A stretch of 64,000 nucleotides of DNA from Candidatus Omnitrophota bacterium (GCA_021735655.1 JAIPGM010000002.1:160001-224000); one strand, 5' to 3'. Counted from the stretch's first letter, positions 49,575-59,845 are shown. A program made the numbers and translations. Notes: generated by a model not told the origin, from the letters alone.

Positions 49575-50378
49575 ATGATTATTAGCGCAGTGGTAACTTT
49601 AGGTTTGGTTGGTTTTCTTTTTGCGTTACTTTTAGCTTTTTTGAGTAAAAAGTTACAGGTTGAAGAAGACCCAAAAGTTAAAACGGTTCTTGAGATCGTT
49701 CCTGGCTTGAACTGCGGAGCTTGTGGCTTTTCCGGTTGTCGCCCATTTGCTGAAGCAGTAGCTAGAGAATCTAAAATTTTTAATGGTTGTCTTCCTGGTG
49801 GTCAGGAAATTAACGATAAGATATCACAAATTCTCGGCATTACCGGTTGTTCGGGATTAAAAAGTCAGGTTGTTATCTGTTGTTGTGGTGCTGATGAGAC
49901 TGCGAAAAAAATATCAACCAAATATATTGGGCCGCAAACCTGCCAAGCAGCCCAGATTACTGGTGGGGCCTTAGATTGCCGATATGGATGTTTTGGTTTT
50001 GGTGATTGTTTAGGAATTTGTCCGGTCGGCGCCTTAACTTTGGATAAAAAGAAAATTAAGGTTGATATTGCTAAATGCATTGGTTGTGGCCAATGTGTTG
50101 AGATTTGTCCGCGCAATCTATTTAAAATAACTCCCTTGCCTGAAATTACTGGTTTTTATTCGGTTGCTTGCAGCAATAAGGAGAAAGCAATGAATGTAAA
50201 GAAGGTTTGCGCTCAAGGGTGTATTGCTTGCACAATTTGCACTCGAGTGCCTGAATCACCTTACTACATGAAAGATAATCTTTCTTATATTGATTATTCC
50301 AAATCAAACAACACTGAACCGCTTCAGGCAGGAATGGACAAATGCCCAACTAAATGTATAGTAAAACTTGATGGATAA
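49575..50378 (+). CDS. rnfB: Rnf complex subunit B (polyferredoxin)
   Basis: 267 aa. N-terminal TM, then NCGACGFSGC and several CxxCxxCxxxCP ferredoxin motifs. Confidence 0.8.
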   Translation: MIISAVVTLGLVGFLFALLLAFLSKKLQVEEDPKVKTVLEIVPGLNCGACGFSGCRPFAEAVARESKIFNGCLPGGQEINDKISQILGITGCSGLKSQVVICCCGADETAKKISTKYIGPQTCQAAQITGGALDCRYGCFGFGDCLGICPVGALTLDKKKIKVDIAKCIGCGQCVEICPRNLFKITPLPEITGFYSVACSNKEKAMNVKKVCAQGCIACTICTRVPESPYYMKDNLSYIDYSKSNNTEPLQAGMDKCPTKCIVKLDG

Positions 50379-50763
50379 AGAAGTCGTCAGGGTTGAAAAA
50401 GTTATTGGGGATAAAGTAAGAGTTCAATTTGAAAGAAAAGTTAGTTGCTCTTGTTGTCGTTTAGAATCCGTTTGCGCTCAGAGAAAGGGAAATTTTGATA
50501 TTGAGCGAAGAGGTTTTTCTTTAAAGGCGGGCGATAAAGTAGAGGTTGCTATTGATGGAAATAAAGGGCTACTTGCTGTGGTTTTAACTTTTTTCTTTCC
50601 GGCAGCCGTATTTATGGCTAGCGTAATCATTTTTCAAGACAAAGGCGAGCTGATAAGTTTTTTTATTGCTTTGGTGATTGTCTGCTTATATTATTTAATC
50701 CTTAAACTGATAGTCAAAAGATTTAAAAACAAATTTGAGTTAAAAATTTTAAAAAAGCTATGA
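50368..50763 (+). CDS. rseC: RseC/MucC-family (SoxR-reducing system) membrane protein
   Basis: 131 aa. N-terminal CSCCRLESVC cysteine cluster plus two C-terminal TM helices. Sits at the 3' end of the rnf operon. Confidence 0.6.
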   Translation: MMDKEVVRVEKVIGDKVRVQFERKVSCSCCRLESVCAQRKGNFDIERRGFSLKAGDKVEVAIDGNKGLLAVVLTFFFPAAVFMASVIIFQDKGELISFFIALVIVCLYYLILKLIVKRFKNKFELKILKKL

Positions 50764-51359
50764 ATATAGCAATATTAGCCTCTGGTAATGGCAGTAATTT
50801 TGAAGCAATTGCTAAAGCGATAAGGCGCGGCCAGATTAGGGCAGAAGTGAAACTTTTAATTACTGATAAGCCACAAGCCTTTGCTCGATTCAGAGCGAAG
50901 AAGTTAAAAATAAAAGATATTTTTATTAATCCTGATAATTATCCATCGAGACTTCTGTTTGATAAAAAACTAGTAGAGGTTTTAAAGATTGATAAAATTG
51001 ATTTAGTAGTTTTGGCCGGATATATGAGAATTCTCTCACCGTACTTTGTAAAAAAATATAAAAATAAAATTTTAAATATTCATCCTTCTCTACTTCCGCG
51101 TTTTAAGGGTGTTAACGCTATCGCTCGAGCTTTTAACCATGGATCTAAATTAACTGGGGTTACTGTACATTTTGTGGATAGTAAAGTTGATCATGGACCA
51201 GTAATTCTACAAAGTTCAATTTTAATAAAAAAAAGCATGAAGCTAAAAAGCTTAGAGAAAGAAATTCATAAACTGGAACATAAGTTATACCCCTTAGCGA
51301 TTAAGTTGTTTGCTGAAAAAAAGTTAAAAGTAAGGGGGAGGAAAGTTGCGATTAACTAA
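50760..51359 (+). CDS. purN: Phosphoribosylglycinamide formyltransferase
   Basis: 199 aa. ILASGNGSN, the folate-binding NIHPSLLP motif, HxxD catalytic pattern. Confidence 0.82.
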   Translation: MNIAILASGNGSNFEAIAKAIRRGQIRAEVKLLITDKPQAFARFRAKKLKIKDIFINPDNYPSRLLFDKKLVEVLKIDKIDLVVLAGYMRILSPYFVKKYKNKILNIHPSLLPRFKGVNAIARAFNHGSKLTGVTVHFVDSKVDHGPVILQSSILIKKSMKLKSLEKEIHKLEHKLYPLAIKLFAEKKLKVRGRKVAIN

Positions 51360-51780
51360 GCTTGTTATCTTGGTTTTTGGTTTATTCTTGTTGTTAGGGG
51401 CTGGAGAGTCAGGCCAAATAGTTAAGGCCACGGTCAATAAGAATAAGGTCTCAACAGGAGAATTGTTAATTTATACTGTAACTATTGAGGGTATTTTTAA
51501 AGATCCTCAAGTAACCCCACCAGAATTTAAGGACTTTAAAGTTAGTTCGCAAAGCAATTCGCAAAACTACTATTTTTCTGGATCCGGAACTAAAATAAAC
51601 ATAACGTTAATTTATACATTACTTGCTCTCAAGGCTGGTAATTTTAGTCTTGGCCCAACAGTCATTAAAGATGAGGGGGAAGAGTACAAAAGTAACGTTG
51701 TTGATATTGCTGTAGAGGGTAAGCCTTTTAAGGAAAAAAAGAAAATCCTACCGTATATTGATGAAGGCCTAGAAATTTAA
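51346..51780 (+). CDS. Small secreted hypothetical protein
   Basis: 144 aa. N-terminal signal-like TM (LVILVFGLFLLLGAG) and a beta-rich body. No confident family. Confidence 0.4.
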   Translation: MRLTKLVILVFGLFLLLGAGESGQIVKATVNKNKVSTGELLIYTVTIEGIFKDPQVTPPEFKDFKVSSQSNSQNYYFSGSGTKINITLIYTLLALKAGNFSLGPTVIKDEGEEYKSNVVDIAVEGKPFKEKKKILPYIDEGLEI

Positions 51781-53828
51781 GGAATTCTACGTATATTTTC
51801 CTCGGCCTTTCGGGCATTAAGATAATCCCCATACTCATAAAATAAGTCATGAGCTTTTAGGAAATTTTCTTTAGCTTTTTGGTTTTCTCCTAAAGCGGAG
51901 TAGGTTCTGCCCATGCCGAAGTATACCTGCGGAGAATCAGGTTTTATTATTAAAGCTTTACGGAAGTGCTGAATTGCTTTTTTGTATTGAACTAAGTTGG
52001 TATAAGTTTCCCCTAGGCTATAATGTATTTGAAAGTTGTCAGGGTCAAGGCGCAATGCCTTCTCAAGGTAGTTTAGGGCTTTTTGTTGTTCTGAGGCGTT
52101 TTTATTTTTTAGGCCTAGTTCATTATGGGCCTTAGACAGGCTAACATATATATCGGGAGATTCCGGAATTGAAGCAAGGACTTTTTCATATTTAGTAATT
52201 GCTCTTTCGTATTGACCTAAAGTTAAATAAGTATTCGCTAATCCGAGTTCCGCTGAGATAGAGGTTGGGTCTAATCTTAGGGCCTTTTCGAAATTATCTA
52301 TTGCCTTTTGAGAATCGCCTAAAAGTCTATAGACATCGCCCAAAGATAAATAGGTTAGAAAATAATCATCTTTTAGTTTTTGTGACCTTAGAAGATACTG
52401 TAATGCTTTTTGATATTGGCCAAGCCTTAGGTACACACTTCCAATGCTGCGGTAAATCTCTGGGTCTTTAGAATTTTTGGCTTCGGCATTTTCAATTGCT
52501 CGTTCAAGATATTGCAATGCTTCTTCAGGAATTCCTAAATCAGCGTAAATCTTGCTTAAAGCCTCGATGATGCCCGGGTAGTCAGGCTGTGCGAGAAAGA
52601 CCTGTTTGAATTCTTCAAGAGCTTCCTTGGGCCTATCAAGAATGCGGTAACATTCACCTAAAGGAAAATGAATTGTTGGGTTTCTAGGATCCAGTTTTAG
52701 CGCATAATTAAAAGCAGCCAGGGCTTGTTTGTGGCGACCCAAATTCATGTAGGTTTCACCGAGCAGCACTTGTGCGTAGATATAACCTGGTGAAATTTCA
52801 AGAGTTTTTCTACAGAAGGCTATTACTTTGTCGAAATTTTTGTTTTCACCTTGAGAATACCGATAGGCTTGACTTAGATAAAAGTTTGCTTTATAGAGTT
52901 TAAATAGTGTTTTATTACTGTCAGCTTCGGGTGGGTACAAGAAAACTTTGTTAACTTCACCAGTTGATGATTTGAATAAAACTGTTTTTGTTTTTTTATT
53001 AAAGTTATCGTTTATTGTAGCGCGTTTGATTTGGATAAAAGAAGAGTAGTTTTCGACTATTTCTCTAGTTATTCTTTCAACTTCTTTATCGGGCGTTGGG
53101 ATATCCGGACTATACTTTTTAATTCGGACATTAAAATCGACTATTATCCGAGAGCTTTGGTAGCGAACATCAATATCGTTAACTTCAAAGTTATCGTTTA
53201 AGCTCGGGGCCAAAAAGGTTCTAGAAATTCTTTCTTGAATTAGCATAGGAATAAACTCAGCTAAGCCAACATTATATTTGCGGAGGTAACGACCACGATC
53301 ATCTTCTAGTATGTTTTTATCGATAAAGGGAGTTTGAAAAGAAATAATTCGTTTTTCAAATTCATAGGCGGATATGTTAGTCGCTAAACCATAAGTGGCT
53401 AAGGTTAGTCTTATCTGATCAGGAATAAATATCAGTTCGTATTGGTTCATCCTGATTAAATTTATTCCTTTTAGACGTTGGATATCGGATTTAACAAAAC
53501 AATAAAATATTGGCGGAGCATCCATATTGAGAAGGGCTCGTTGTATTGATTGAGAAATTTTTCTGACAGTTTCAGACAAGTCTTCATCAACTTTTCCTTC
53601 TTCGTTTACTTTAAATTTGCCAGCTTCATCAAAAAATTCAACCGGGGCATAAACCCAAAGAGTCTCTCCAACCAGCCAAGTGCTTACTTCGATTTTATGC
53701 TCTTCCCTACAGATTTTTTTTATTATTTCGGCAATATCTTTACGTGAATAGGTTGGTGGGACAGAACAGGAAATTAGTAGAAGAGCGCAAAAACTAAGCA
53801 GGAGGTTTTTGAGAGGTATTTTTTGCAT
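51777..53828 (-). CDS. TPR-repeat lipoprotein (N-terminal unknown domain plus ~9 TPR units)
   Basis: 683 aa. Signal peptide with lipobox LLISC. The C-terminal half is a series of 34-aa TPR units (..A..Y.LG..Y...G....A...F..AL.L.P..). Its start overlaps the 3' end of the tandem ftsH by 35 nt. Confidence 0.75.
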   Translation of the reverse strand: MQKIPLKNLLLSFCALLLISCSVPPTYSRKDIAEIIKKICREEHKIEVSTWLVGETLWVYAPVEFFDEAGKFKVNEEGKVDEDLSETVRKISQSIQRALLNMDAPPIFYCFVKSDIQRLKGINLIRMNQYELIFIPDQIRLTLATYGLATNISAYEFEKRIISFQTPFIDKNILEDDRGRYLRKYNVGLAEFIPMLIQERISRTFLAPSLNDNFEVNDIDVRYQSSRIIVDFNVRIKKYSPDIPTPDKEVERITREIVENYSSFIQIKRATINDNFNKKTKTVLFKSSTGEVNKVFLYPPEADSNKTLFKLYKANFYLSQAYRYSQGENKNFDKVIAFCRKTLEISPGYIYAQVLLGETYMNLGRHKQALAAFNYALKLDPRNPTIHFPLGECYRILDRPKEALEEFKQVFLAQPDYPGIIEALSKIYADLGIPEEALQYLERAIENAEAKNSKDPEIYRSIGSVYLRLGQYQKALQYLLRSQKLKDDYFLTYLSLGDVYRLLGDSQKAIDNFEKALRLDPTSISAELGLANTYLTLGQYERAITKYEKVLASIPESPDIYVSLSKAHNELGLKNKNASEQQKALNYLEKALRLDPDNFQIHYSLGETYTNLVQYKKAIQHFRKALIIKPDSPQVYFGMGRTYSALGENQKAKENFLKAHDLFYEYGDYLNARKAEENIRRIP

Positions 53829-56800
53829 ACTTTTTAAAAATTAGTTCTAGTTCAGATTGGGTAAGCTCTTCTTTTTTTAACAATTCACTTGTTAAATGTT
53901 CGAATAAATCTTTTTCTTTTTCTAATAAAGCAACGGTTGATTTAAGGCAATCCTGAAGTAATTCTTGAGTTTCCATATCTAACTTTGATTTCATTTCTTC
54001 AGACAGTAGATTGTTTTCGTTTTGTTCAAATAAAAAGTCACCAATGTATCCTGAACGACCCATGCCCCAACGCCAAACCATTGATCTAGCATACCACATC
54101 GAAGTTTTAAAATCCTGAGAAACACCATTGGTAGTGCTGGCAGTAATTTTCTCAGCAGCATATCCACCAAGAAAAATCTTGATAGTGGACAATAGTTCTT
54201 CCTTGGTGCCGGCGGAACGATCTCCTTTGGTAGCATACCAAGCTACACCTAAAGTTTTGTCTCTTGGAATAATAGATAACTTAAAGGGGAAATTTCCTTT
54301 TCCAAAAAAATACTCAGCTAAACAATGTCCGGCTTCATGGTAGGCGGTGGCCTTAAGCTCCTCGGGGGTTAATTTTAATTTCTTTTTTAAGCCTAATTCT
54401 ATTCTTTCTCGAGCTTCATCGAGCTCTTTCATACCCAGAATAGTTTTTTTCATTTTAGCAGTTAGAAGAGTGCCTTCTTTAATTAAATTAGCTATATCAG
54501 CCGGGGAATAACCCGGAGTAATACCGGCAAACATTTCAGGGTCAATCTCATCTTTGTTATACTTAGTTTTAGAAAGATAAAACTGAAATAACTGCTTTCT
54601 TTCGTCAAAGGTTGGTAAAGAAACATGGAGTTTTCGATCAAACCTTCCCGGCCTAAGAACCGCTTTATCCAAGTTACTTTCATCGGTATTGGTAGCGCCA
54701 ATAATAACAATATTATATTCAGCATCCTTTTCCTTTAAACCGTCCATTTCAACTAAAAATTGGTTTAAAGTTTGATTATGTTCTTGAGTACCGCCGAAAC
54801 CTTTGTCCATAGCCCTTTTGGCGCATAAAGCATCAATTTCATCAATAAAAATTATACAGCCACCTTTGGCTAATGCTTGCTCTCTAGCTTCCCTGAACAT
54901 TTGGCGCACTCGGCTTGCGCCCACACCGACAAACATTTCTACGAATTCTGAACCAGCCTTAGCGATAAAAGGGATCCCTGCCTCATTAGCGATAGCAGAG
55001 GCAAGATAAGTTTTTCCGCATCCAGGAGGGCCAAGCATTAACAAACCCTTAATAATTTGTCCACCCATTTGTTTTAGGTTGGCTCGGTCTTTTATTAAGC
55101 TGACAATTTCTTTGGCTTCGTCTTTTGCGCCTTCCATACCAATGATATCATCCCAACCTATAGAATCTTTTTTTGACTTTTTCATTCCTTCCATTATATA
55201 AGTAAGCCTAGTTTTCCCATGTTTTTTGAAGGTTTCTTCTATTTGATCGTAATCTAACTCTTCTTCTTTTAATAAACGGTTAGCAATTTCATCTAAAATT
55301 ACTTTTTCTCGACGTAATATTTCATTGACTTCATCCAAACATTTATTAATGATATCTTCTTTGTCTCTTTCAGAAATTTGCGAAGGGAAGCCATGTTCTT
55401 GAGTTATACCTCCTGGGCCCGAAGTCCCCATGCCCCACTGATCTACCATTTTCATCGCTAGATTGTTTGCTTGTTTAAGATCTTTCCCTACTCCGGAAGA
55501 TACCGAACCAAAGCGAATTTTTTCAGCAGCATAACCACCAAGAAAACTCTTTATTTGACCTAAAAGATATTCTTTATCCGGGATGTGGCGTTCTTCTTTG
55601 TCCCTTGTCCAGGTAACCCCTCCGGCTGAACGTCTAGGAATAATACTAGCCTTAAAAACATCTTGAGTTGGCACTAAAAAGTAAGTAGCCAGTGTGTGTC
55701 CGGCTTCATGGTAGGCGGCAATTTTTTTATCTTGGAGAGATAACACATATTCAGCTTTTATCCCGATATCGATTCTTTCTTTTGCGTCATGGATGTCGGA
55801 CAAATCAACTTGATTTTTTTTCTTACGGGTAGCAATTAGAGAAGATTCACGAACAATGTTTGCTATGTCAGCTGGGCTATTGCCAACTGTAAAACGAGCT
55901 AACTTAGCAAAATCAATTTTTTCCTTATTGTAGGAAATCTTGGTGAAATAGTATTGTAAAAGATCTTCACGTTCTTTTAACCCGGGGAGCCCAACATAAA
56001 CTTTGCGGTCGAATCGTCCGGGACGCATTAGGGCGCTATCAAGTTCACTCTCGGGAACATTTGTCGCCGCGATTATTACGATATTGTCTTTGGCAGTATC
56101 TAACCCGTCCAATTCAGTTAAAAGCTGATTAACGGTAGCATTATAATCTTGACCGGCACGGCCGCCTCCGGAACTTTCTATTCTCGGTCGGGCGAAAGTA
56201 TCAATTTCATCGATAAAAATTATACAACCACCATCTATTTCAGCGGAGATTCTGGCTTCCTTAAATAGGCTTTTTACTCGATTGGCGCCAACCCCGACAA
56301 ACATACCTTGGAATTCACTACCGGCAACGTGAAGAAAGGGGAGTTTCGTTTCAGTAGCGATAGCTTTAGCCAGATAAGTCTTTCCGCATCCAGGAGGGCC
56401 AATCATTAAAACACCTTTAATAATTTTTCCGCCAACCCGGTCTAAATTAGTATGGTCATTTATGAGCTGAATTACTTCCCAGACTTCCTTCTTTATGTTT
56501 TCCATCCCAATAACGTCAGACCATCTGACATTCACTGATTGCGGTTTTACTTTTTTTGATTTTAATTTATCAAGACCTCCCCCCCAAAGAAAGTATACAA
56601 ATATACTTGTCGTTATTGCACCGGATACAGTACCGACAATTAGCATAAAAAAGATTTGCAGAGGAATACCGGCAAGCATTGATTTACGAAAAAAAGAATC
56701 TAACTGGAAGAAGGTTCGAAGGCCAACAGTGGTTAAAGCAATTATGCTTAGAATTAGGAGAATAGCTACACTTATTATCGTAACTTTTATCCAGTGTAGT

Positions 56801-56871
56801 TTTATATACTTTGTTAATCGTTGATTTGAGCTATTTGCCATGGATTCGCCTCCCGAGATTAAGAATACCAT
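53794..56871 (-). CDS. ftsH: Tandem-duplicated FtsH-like AAA+ zinc metalloprotease (TM-AAA-M41-AAA-M41 in one polypeptide)
   Basis: 1025 aa with two N-terminal TM helices. Module 1 has Walker A GPPGCGKT, Walker B IIFIDEID, pore loop MFVGVG, SRH RPGRFDR and HEAGH. Module 2 has the same complete motif set ([34 protein letters not shown]). Confidence 0.85.
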   Translation of the reverse strand: MVFLISGGESMANSSNQRLTKYIKLHWIKVTIISVAILLILSIIALTTVGLRTFFQLDSFFRKSMLAGIPLQIFFMLIVGTVSGAITTSIFVYFLWGGGLDKLKSKKVKPQSVNVRWSDVIGMENIKKEVWEVIQLINDHTNLDRVGGKIIKGVLMIGPPGCGKTYLAKAIATETKLPFLHVAGSEFQGMFVGVGANRVKSLFKEARISAEIDGGCIIFIDEIDTFARPRIESSGGGRAGQDYNATVNQLLTELDGLDTAKDNIVIIAATNVPESELDSALMRPGRFDRKVYVGLPGLKEREDLLQYYFTKISYNKEKIDFAKLARFTVGNSPADIANIVRESSLIATRKKKNQVDLSDIHDAKERIDIGIKAEYVLSLQDKKIAAYHEAGHTLATYFLVPTQDVFKASIIPRRSAGGVTWTRDKEERHIPDKEYLLGQIKSFLGGYAAEKIRFGSVSSGVGKDLKQANNLAMKMVDQWGMGTSGPGGITQEHGFPSQISERDKEDIINKCLDEVNEILRREKVILDEIANRLLKEEELDYDQIEETFKKHGKTRLTYIMEGMKKSKKDSIGWDDIIGMEGAKDEAKEIVSLIKDRANLKQMGGQIIKGLLMLGPPGCGKTYLASAIANEAGIPFIAKAGSEFVEMFVGVGASRVRQMFREAREQALAKGGCIIFIDEIDALCAKRAMDKGFGGTQEHNQTLNQFLVEMDGLKEKDAEYNIVIIGATNTDESNLDKAVLRPGRFDRKLHVSLPTFDERKQLFQFYLSKTKYNKDEIDPEMFAGITPGYSPADIANLIKEGTLLTAKMKKTILGMKELDEARERIELGLKKKLKLTPEELKATAYHEAGHCLAEYFFGKGNFPFKLSIIPRDKTLGVAWYATKGDRSAGTKEELLSTIKIFLGGYAAEKITASTTNGVSQDFKTSMWYARSMVWRWGMGRSGYIGDFLFEQNENNLLSEEMKSKLDMETQELLQDCLKSTVALLEKEKDLFEHLTSELLKKEELTQSELELIFKKYAKNTSQKPPA

Positions 56872-56977
56872 ATATTTTTATTATTGTCTACTTCTTAGAT
56901 GTTGCCAACACCTATTTTAATAAGGTTTCCCTGCTCTGTAAGCGATTACATCTATATTCATATATATAAAAAATAGC

Positions 56978-57005
56978 TTGCTAAAACAACCGAATAAGCT
57001 ATAAT
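56978..57005 (+). promoter_or_regulatory. Candidate promoter of hflKC (TTGCTA-16 nt-TATAAT), implying a very short or absent leader
   Basis: The -10 ends 8 nt before the hflK ATG at 57013. No Shine-Dalgarno is evident. Confidence 0.35.
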
Positions 57006-57012
57006 CTATTTT

Positions 57013-58026
57013 ATGGAATTTCAAAGTCGACAGCCCGATGAAATCTTTCAAAATTTAAAACAAAAATTTAGTGGCCAGAGGCCGAAAGGTTTTTGGTTTC
57101 CTTTACTAATTGGTATTGCTATCTTGTCTATATTTTTAAACGGGGCCGGACTTTCTCCCAATCCTTTTTATACTATTCAGCCAGACGAAGTTGGTGTTGT
57201 TTTACGTTTTGGAAAATTCATCAAGGCCACTAATCCTGGTCTTCATTTTAAGTATCCTTTAATTGAAAGAGTTATCCCAGTTAAGGTTGAGAAAGTTTAC
57301 ACTGAAGAGTTTGGCTTTAGAACTCAATCCCCAGGGGTAAGAACTGTCTATAGCCCGAAGTCGTTTGATGATGAGTCGTTAATGCTTACCGGAGATTTAA
57401 ATGTATTAGATTTAGAATGGATTGTTCAATATAAAATAAGTGACCCTTTCGGTGCTTTGTTTAATATACGAAAATTGGTTAAGGCTATACGTGATGTTTC
57501 TGAGTCAGTAGTTCGAAGATTAGTCGGCGATCATTCTTTTAACGAAGTTCTTACTACCGAACGAATAGAGATAAATAATCAAATTCAAGATGAGATGCAA
57601 GAAATTCTTGATTCTTACAACTGTGGAATTCAAATCGTTAAGGTAAAATTACAAGATGTTAACCCGCCTGACCCGGTTAAACCAGCCTTTAATGAAGTAA
57701 ACCAGGCAAAGCAGGAGCGAGAGAAGTTGAAGAACCAGGCTTGGGAAGTTTATAACCAAAAAATACCACAAGCCAAGGGCGAAGCTCTTAAGTTATTTCA
57801 AGAAGCTGAGGGTTACGCTACCGAGAAGGTTAATTGGGCAAAGGGTGATGCGGAGCGTTTCTTGCTGCTTTATAAAGAATACACCAAAGCTAAAGATGTC
57901 ACCTTGAAACGACTGTACTTAGAAAACATGAGTCAAATTCTTAAAAAAGCTGGTAAAAAATACATTCTTGATCCTAAAGAAAAGGGGATTCTTCCCTTAC
58001 TAAAGCTAGAGAGTCAAAATGAATAA
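57013..58026 (+). CDS. hflK: FtsH protease modulator HflK (SPFH/band-7)
   Basis: 337 aa. N-terminal TM, SPFH domain (VVLRFGKF..), C-terminal coiled coil. Confidence 0.8.
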   Translation: MEFQSRQPDEIFQNLKQKFSGQRPKGFWFPLLIGIAILSIFLNGAGLSPNPFYTIQPDEVGVVLRFGKFIKATNPGLHFKYPLIERVIPVKVEKVYTEEFGFRTQSPGVRTVYSPKSFDDESLMLTGDLNVLDLEWIVQYKISDPFGALFNIRKLVKAIRDVSESVVRRLVGDHSFNEVLTTERIEINNQIQDEMQEILDSYNCGIQIVKVKLQDVNPPDPVKPAFNEVNQAKQEREKLKNQAWEVYNQKIPQAKGEALKLFQEAEGYATEKVNWAKGDAERFLLLYKEYTKAKDVTLKRLYLENMSQILKKAGKKYILDPKEKGILPLLKLESQNE

Positions 58027-58966
58027 GAAGTTTGGTTTAATTCCTTTAATAATTATTTTTGTAGTTATTTTGCTAGGCAATCCTTTTTATGTCATAACTG
58101 AAGGCCAACAGGCAGTGATTACTTTATTAGGTAAACCAAAGCGTATAGTTATTGAGTCAGGATTAAAGTTAAAGGTTCCTTTTCTTGAGAAAGTAAATAA
58201 ATTTGAAAAGCGAATATTAGAGTGGGATGGTTACCCTAACGAGATACCAACTAAAGATAAACGTTACATTTGGATTGATACTACTGCTCGTTGGAGAATA
58301 GTCGATGCTTTGAAATTTTTTAAAGCCGCTTCCTCAGAACGTGGTGCCCAAACCATACTCGACGGGATTATTGATGCAGCGGTCAGAGATGCGATTACCG
58401 CTCAGAAATCAACTGAAGTTGTGCGGTCTTCGAACAGGTTACTGGAAAGTCTAAAAACTGCTAAAACCGAAGAAGGCTTTGTTGATGAGAGCGCCTTGGA
58501 TGCAACTGAGATTGGTCGAGACAAAATTCGTGAAGAGATAGTTGAAAAAGCAAGGGGAGACTTAGGCTCTCGCTATGGAATCGAGCTAATTGATGTCAGA
58601 ATTAAACGAATTAATTATATCGAAAAAGTTCAACAGGATGTCTACGAGCGAATGATTGCTGAACGTAAACGAGCCGCTGAGCAATATCGTTCTGAAGGAA
58701 GAGGGATTAGGGCTGATGTTGAAGGGCGTACCGAAAAAGAGCTTAAGTCGATTCTTTCAGAAGCTTATAAGAAGGCTCAAACCATTAAAGGTGAAGCTGA
58801 TGCCGAGTCTACAAAGATTTATGCTGATGCTTATGGGAAAGATCCTGAATTCTTCGCATTTTTAAAAACTCTCGAAACTTACAATGATACCGTTGATAAA
58901 AATACGATAATTATCCTAACTACTGAAGGGGAGTATTATAAGTATTTGAATGCAATCAATCCTTAA
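58019..58966 (+). CDS. hflC: FtsH protease modulator HflC (SPFH/band-7)
   Basis: 315 aa. N-terminal TM, SPFH domain (QQAVITLLGKP..). Overlaps the hflK stop. Confidence 0.8.
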   Translation: MNKKFGLIPLIIIFVVILLGNPFYVITEGQQAVITLLGKPKRIVIESGLKLKVPFLEKVNKFEKRILEWDGYPNEIPTKDKRYIWIDTTARWRIVDALKFFKAASSERGAQTILDGIIDAAVRDAITAQKSTEVVRSSNRLLESLKTAKTEEGFVDESALDATEIGRDKIREEIVEKARGDLGSRYGIELIDVRIKRINYIEKVQQDVYERMIAERKRAAEQYRSEGRGIRADVEGRTEKELKSILSEAYKKAQTIKGEADAESTKIYADAYGKDPEFFAFLKTLETYNDTVDKNTIIILTTEGEYYKYLNAINP

Positions 58967-58993
58967 AGTCCTTCTGCTTATTTTCCCACACAA

Positions 58994-59845
58994 ATGAATA
59001 CTGCAACTTTATTAATATCTTGTCCCGATCAAAAAGGCATAACCGCAAGTATTACCGATTTTATTTATCGGCATCAAGGAAATATTGAACATGCCGATCA
59101 ACATATCGATTTTCAATCTAATATCTTTTTCATGCGGATCGAATGGTCTTTGGATAATTTTGAAATTCCCAAAGATAAAATTAAAGAATCATTCAATTCT
59201 CTAGCTGATAAGTTCAGAATGAACTTTTCGCTTCATTTTAGTTCTAAAATTCCCCGAATGGCAATTTTTGTCTCAAAGCAAACCCATTGTCTCTACGATT
59301 TACTGCTTAAATACAAACAGGGGCACTTGCGTTGCGAGATACCTTTAATAATTAGTAATCATTCCGAAGTTAAAGAAATTGCTAAAAGTTTTAACCTGAA
59401 GTTTTTCTATTCAGTTAAGAATCAAAAAAATAAAGTAGCTTCTGAAAATAAAGAGCTGACCTTACTAGCTAAGGAAAAAGTAGATTTTCTTGTCTTAGCC
59501 AGATACGGACAAATTTTTACCAAAGAGTTTGTTGAAAATTTCCCTAGTCGAATTATAAATATCCATCATTCTTTTTTACCGGCCTTTATTGGCTCAGATC
59601 CTTATCGTCAGGCTTATTCTCGGGGAGTTAAAATTATTGGAGCAACTAGTCATTACGTAACTGAAGCTCTTGATGCTGGGCCGATTATTGATCAGGACAT
59701 TACTAGGGTTAGTCACCGCGACTGCTTAGAAGATTTGAAGCGGGAAGGCCAAGATTTAGAGCGCACAGTCCTAAGTCGGGCAGTTCGTTGGCACCTTGAG
59801 CACAAAATCTTAGTTTATGCTAATAAAACTGTTGTTTTTGATTAA
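58994..59845 (+). CDS. purU: Formyltetrahydrofolate deformylase
   Basis: 283 aa. N-terminal ACT domain and C-terminal formyl-transferase domain (NIHHSFLPAF, HxxD). Confidence 0.8.
   Translation: MNTATLLISCPDQKGITASITDFIYRHQGNIEHADQHIDFQSNIFFMRIEWSLDNFEIPKDKIKESFNSLADKFRMNFSLHFSSKIPRMAIFVSKQTHCLYDLLLKYKQGHLRCEIPLIISNHSEVKEIAKSFNLKFFYSVKNQKNKVASENKELTLLAKEKVDFLVLARYGQIFTKEFVENFPSRIINIHHSFLPAFIGSDPYRQAYSRGVKIIGATSHYVTEALDAGPIIDQDITRVSHRDCLEDLKREGQDLERTVLSRAVRWHLEHKILVYANKTVVFD

Noticed and set aside
51346-51780. Possible BatD-like oxygen-tolerance protein
   Set aside because: There is only a vague resemblance (signal peptide plus beta-rich segment). At 144 aa it is far shorter than BatD and no Bat operon partners are present. 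Kept only as a hypothetical secreted protein.
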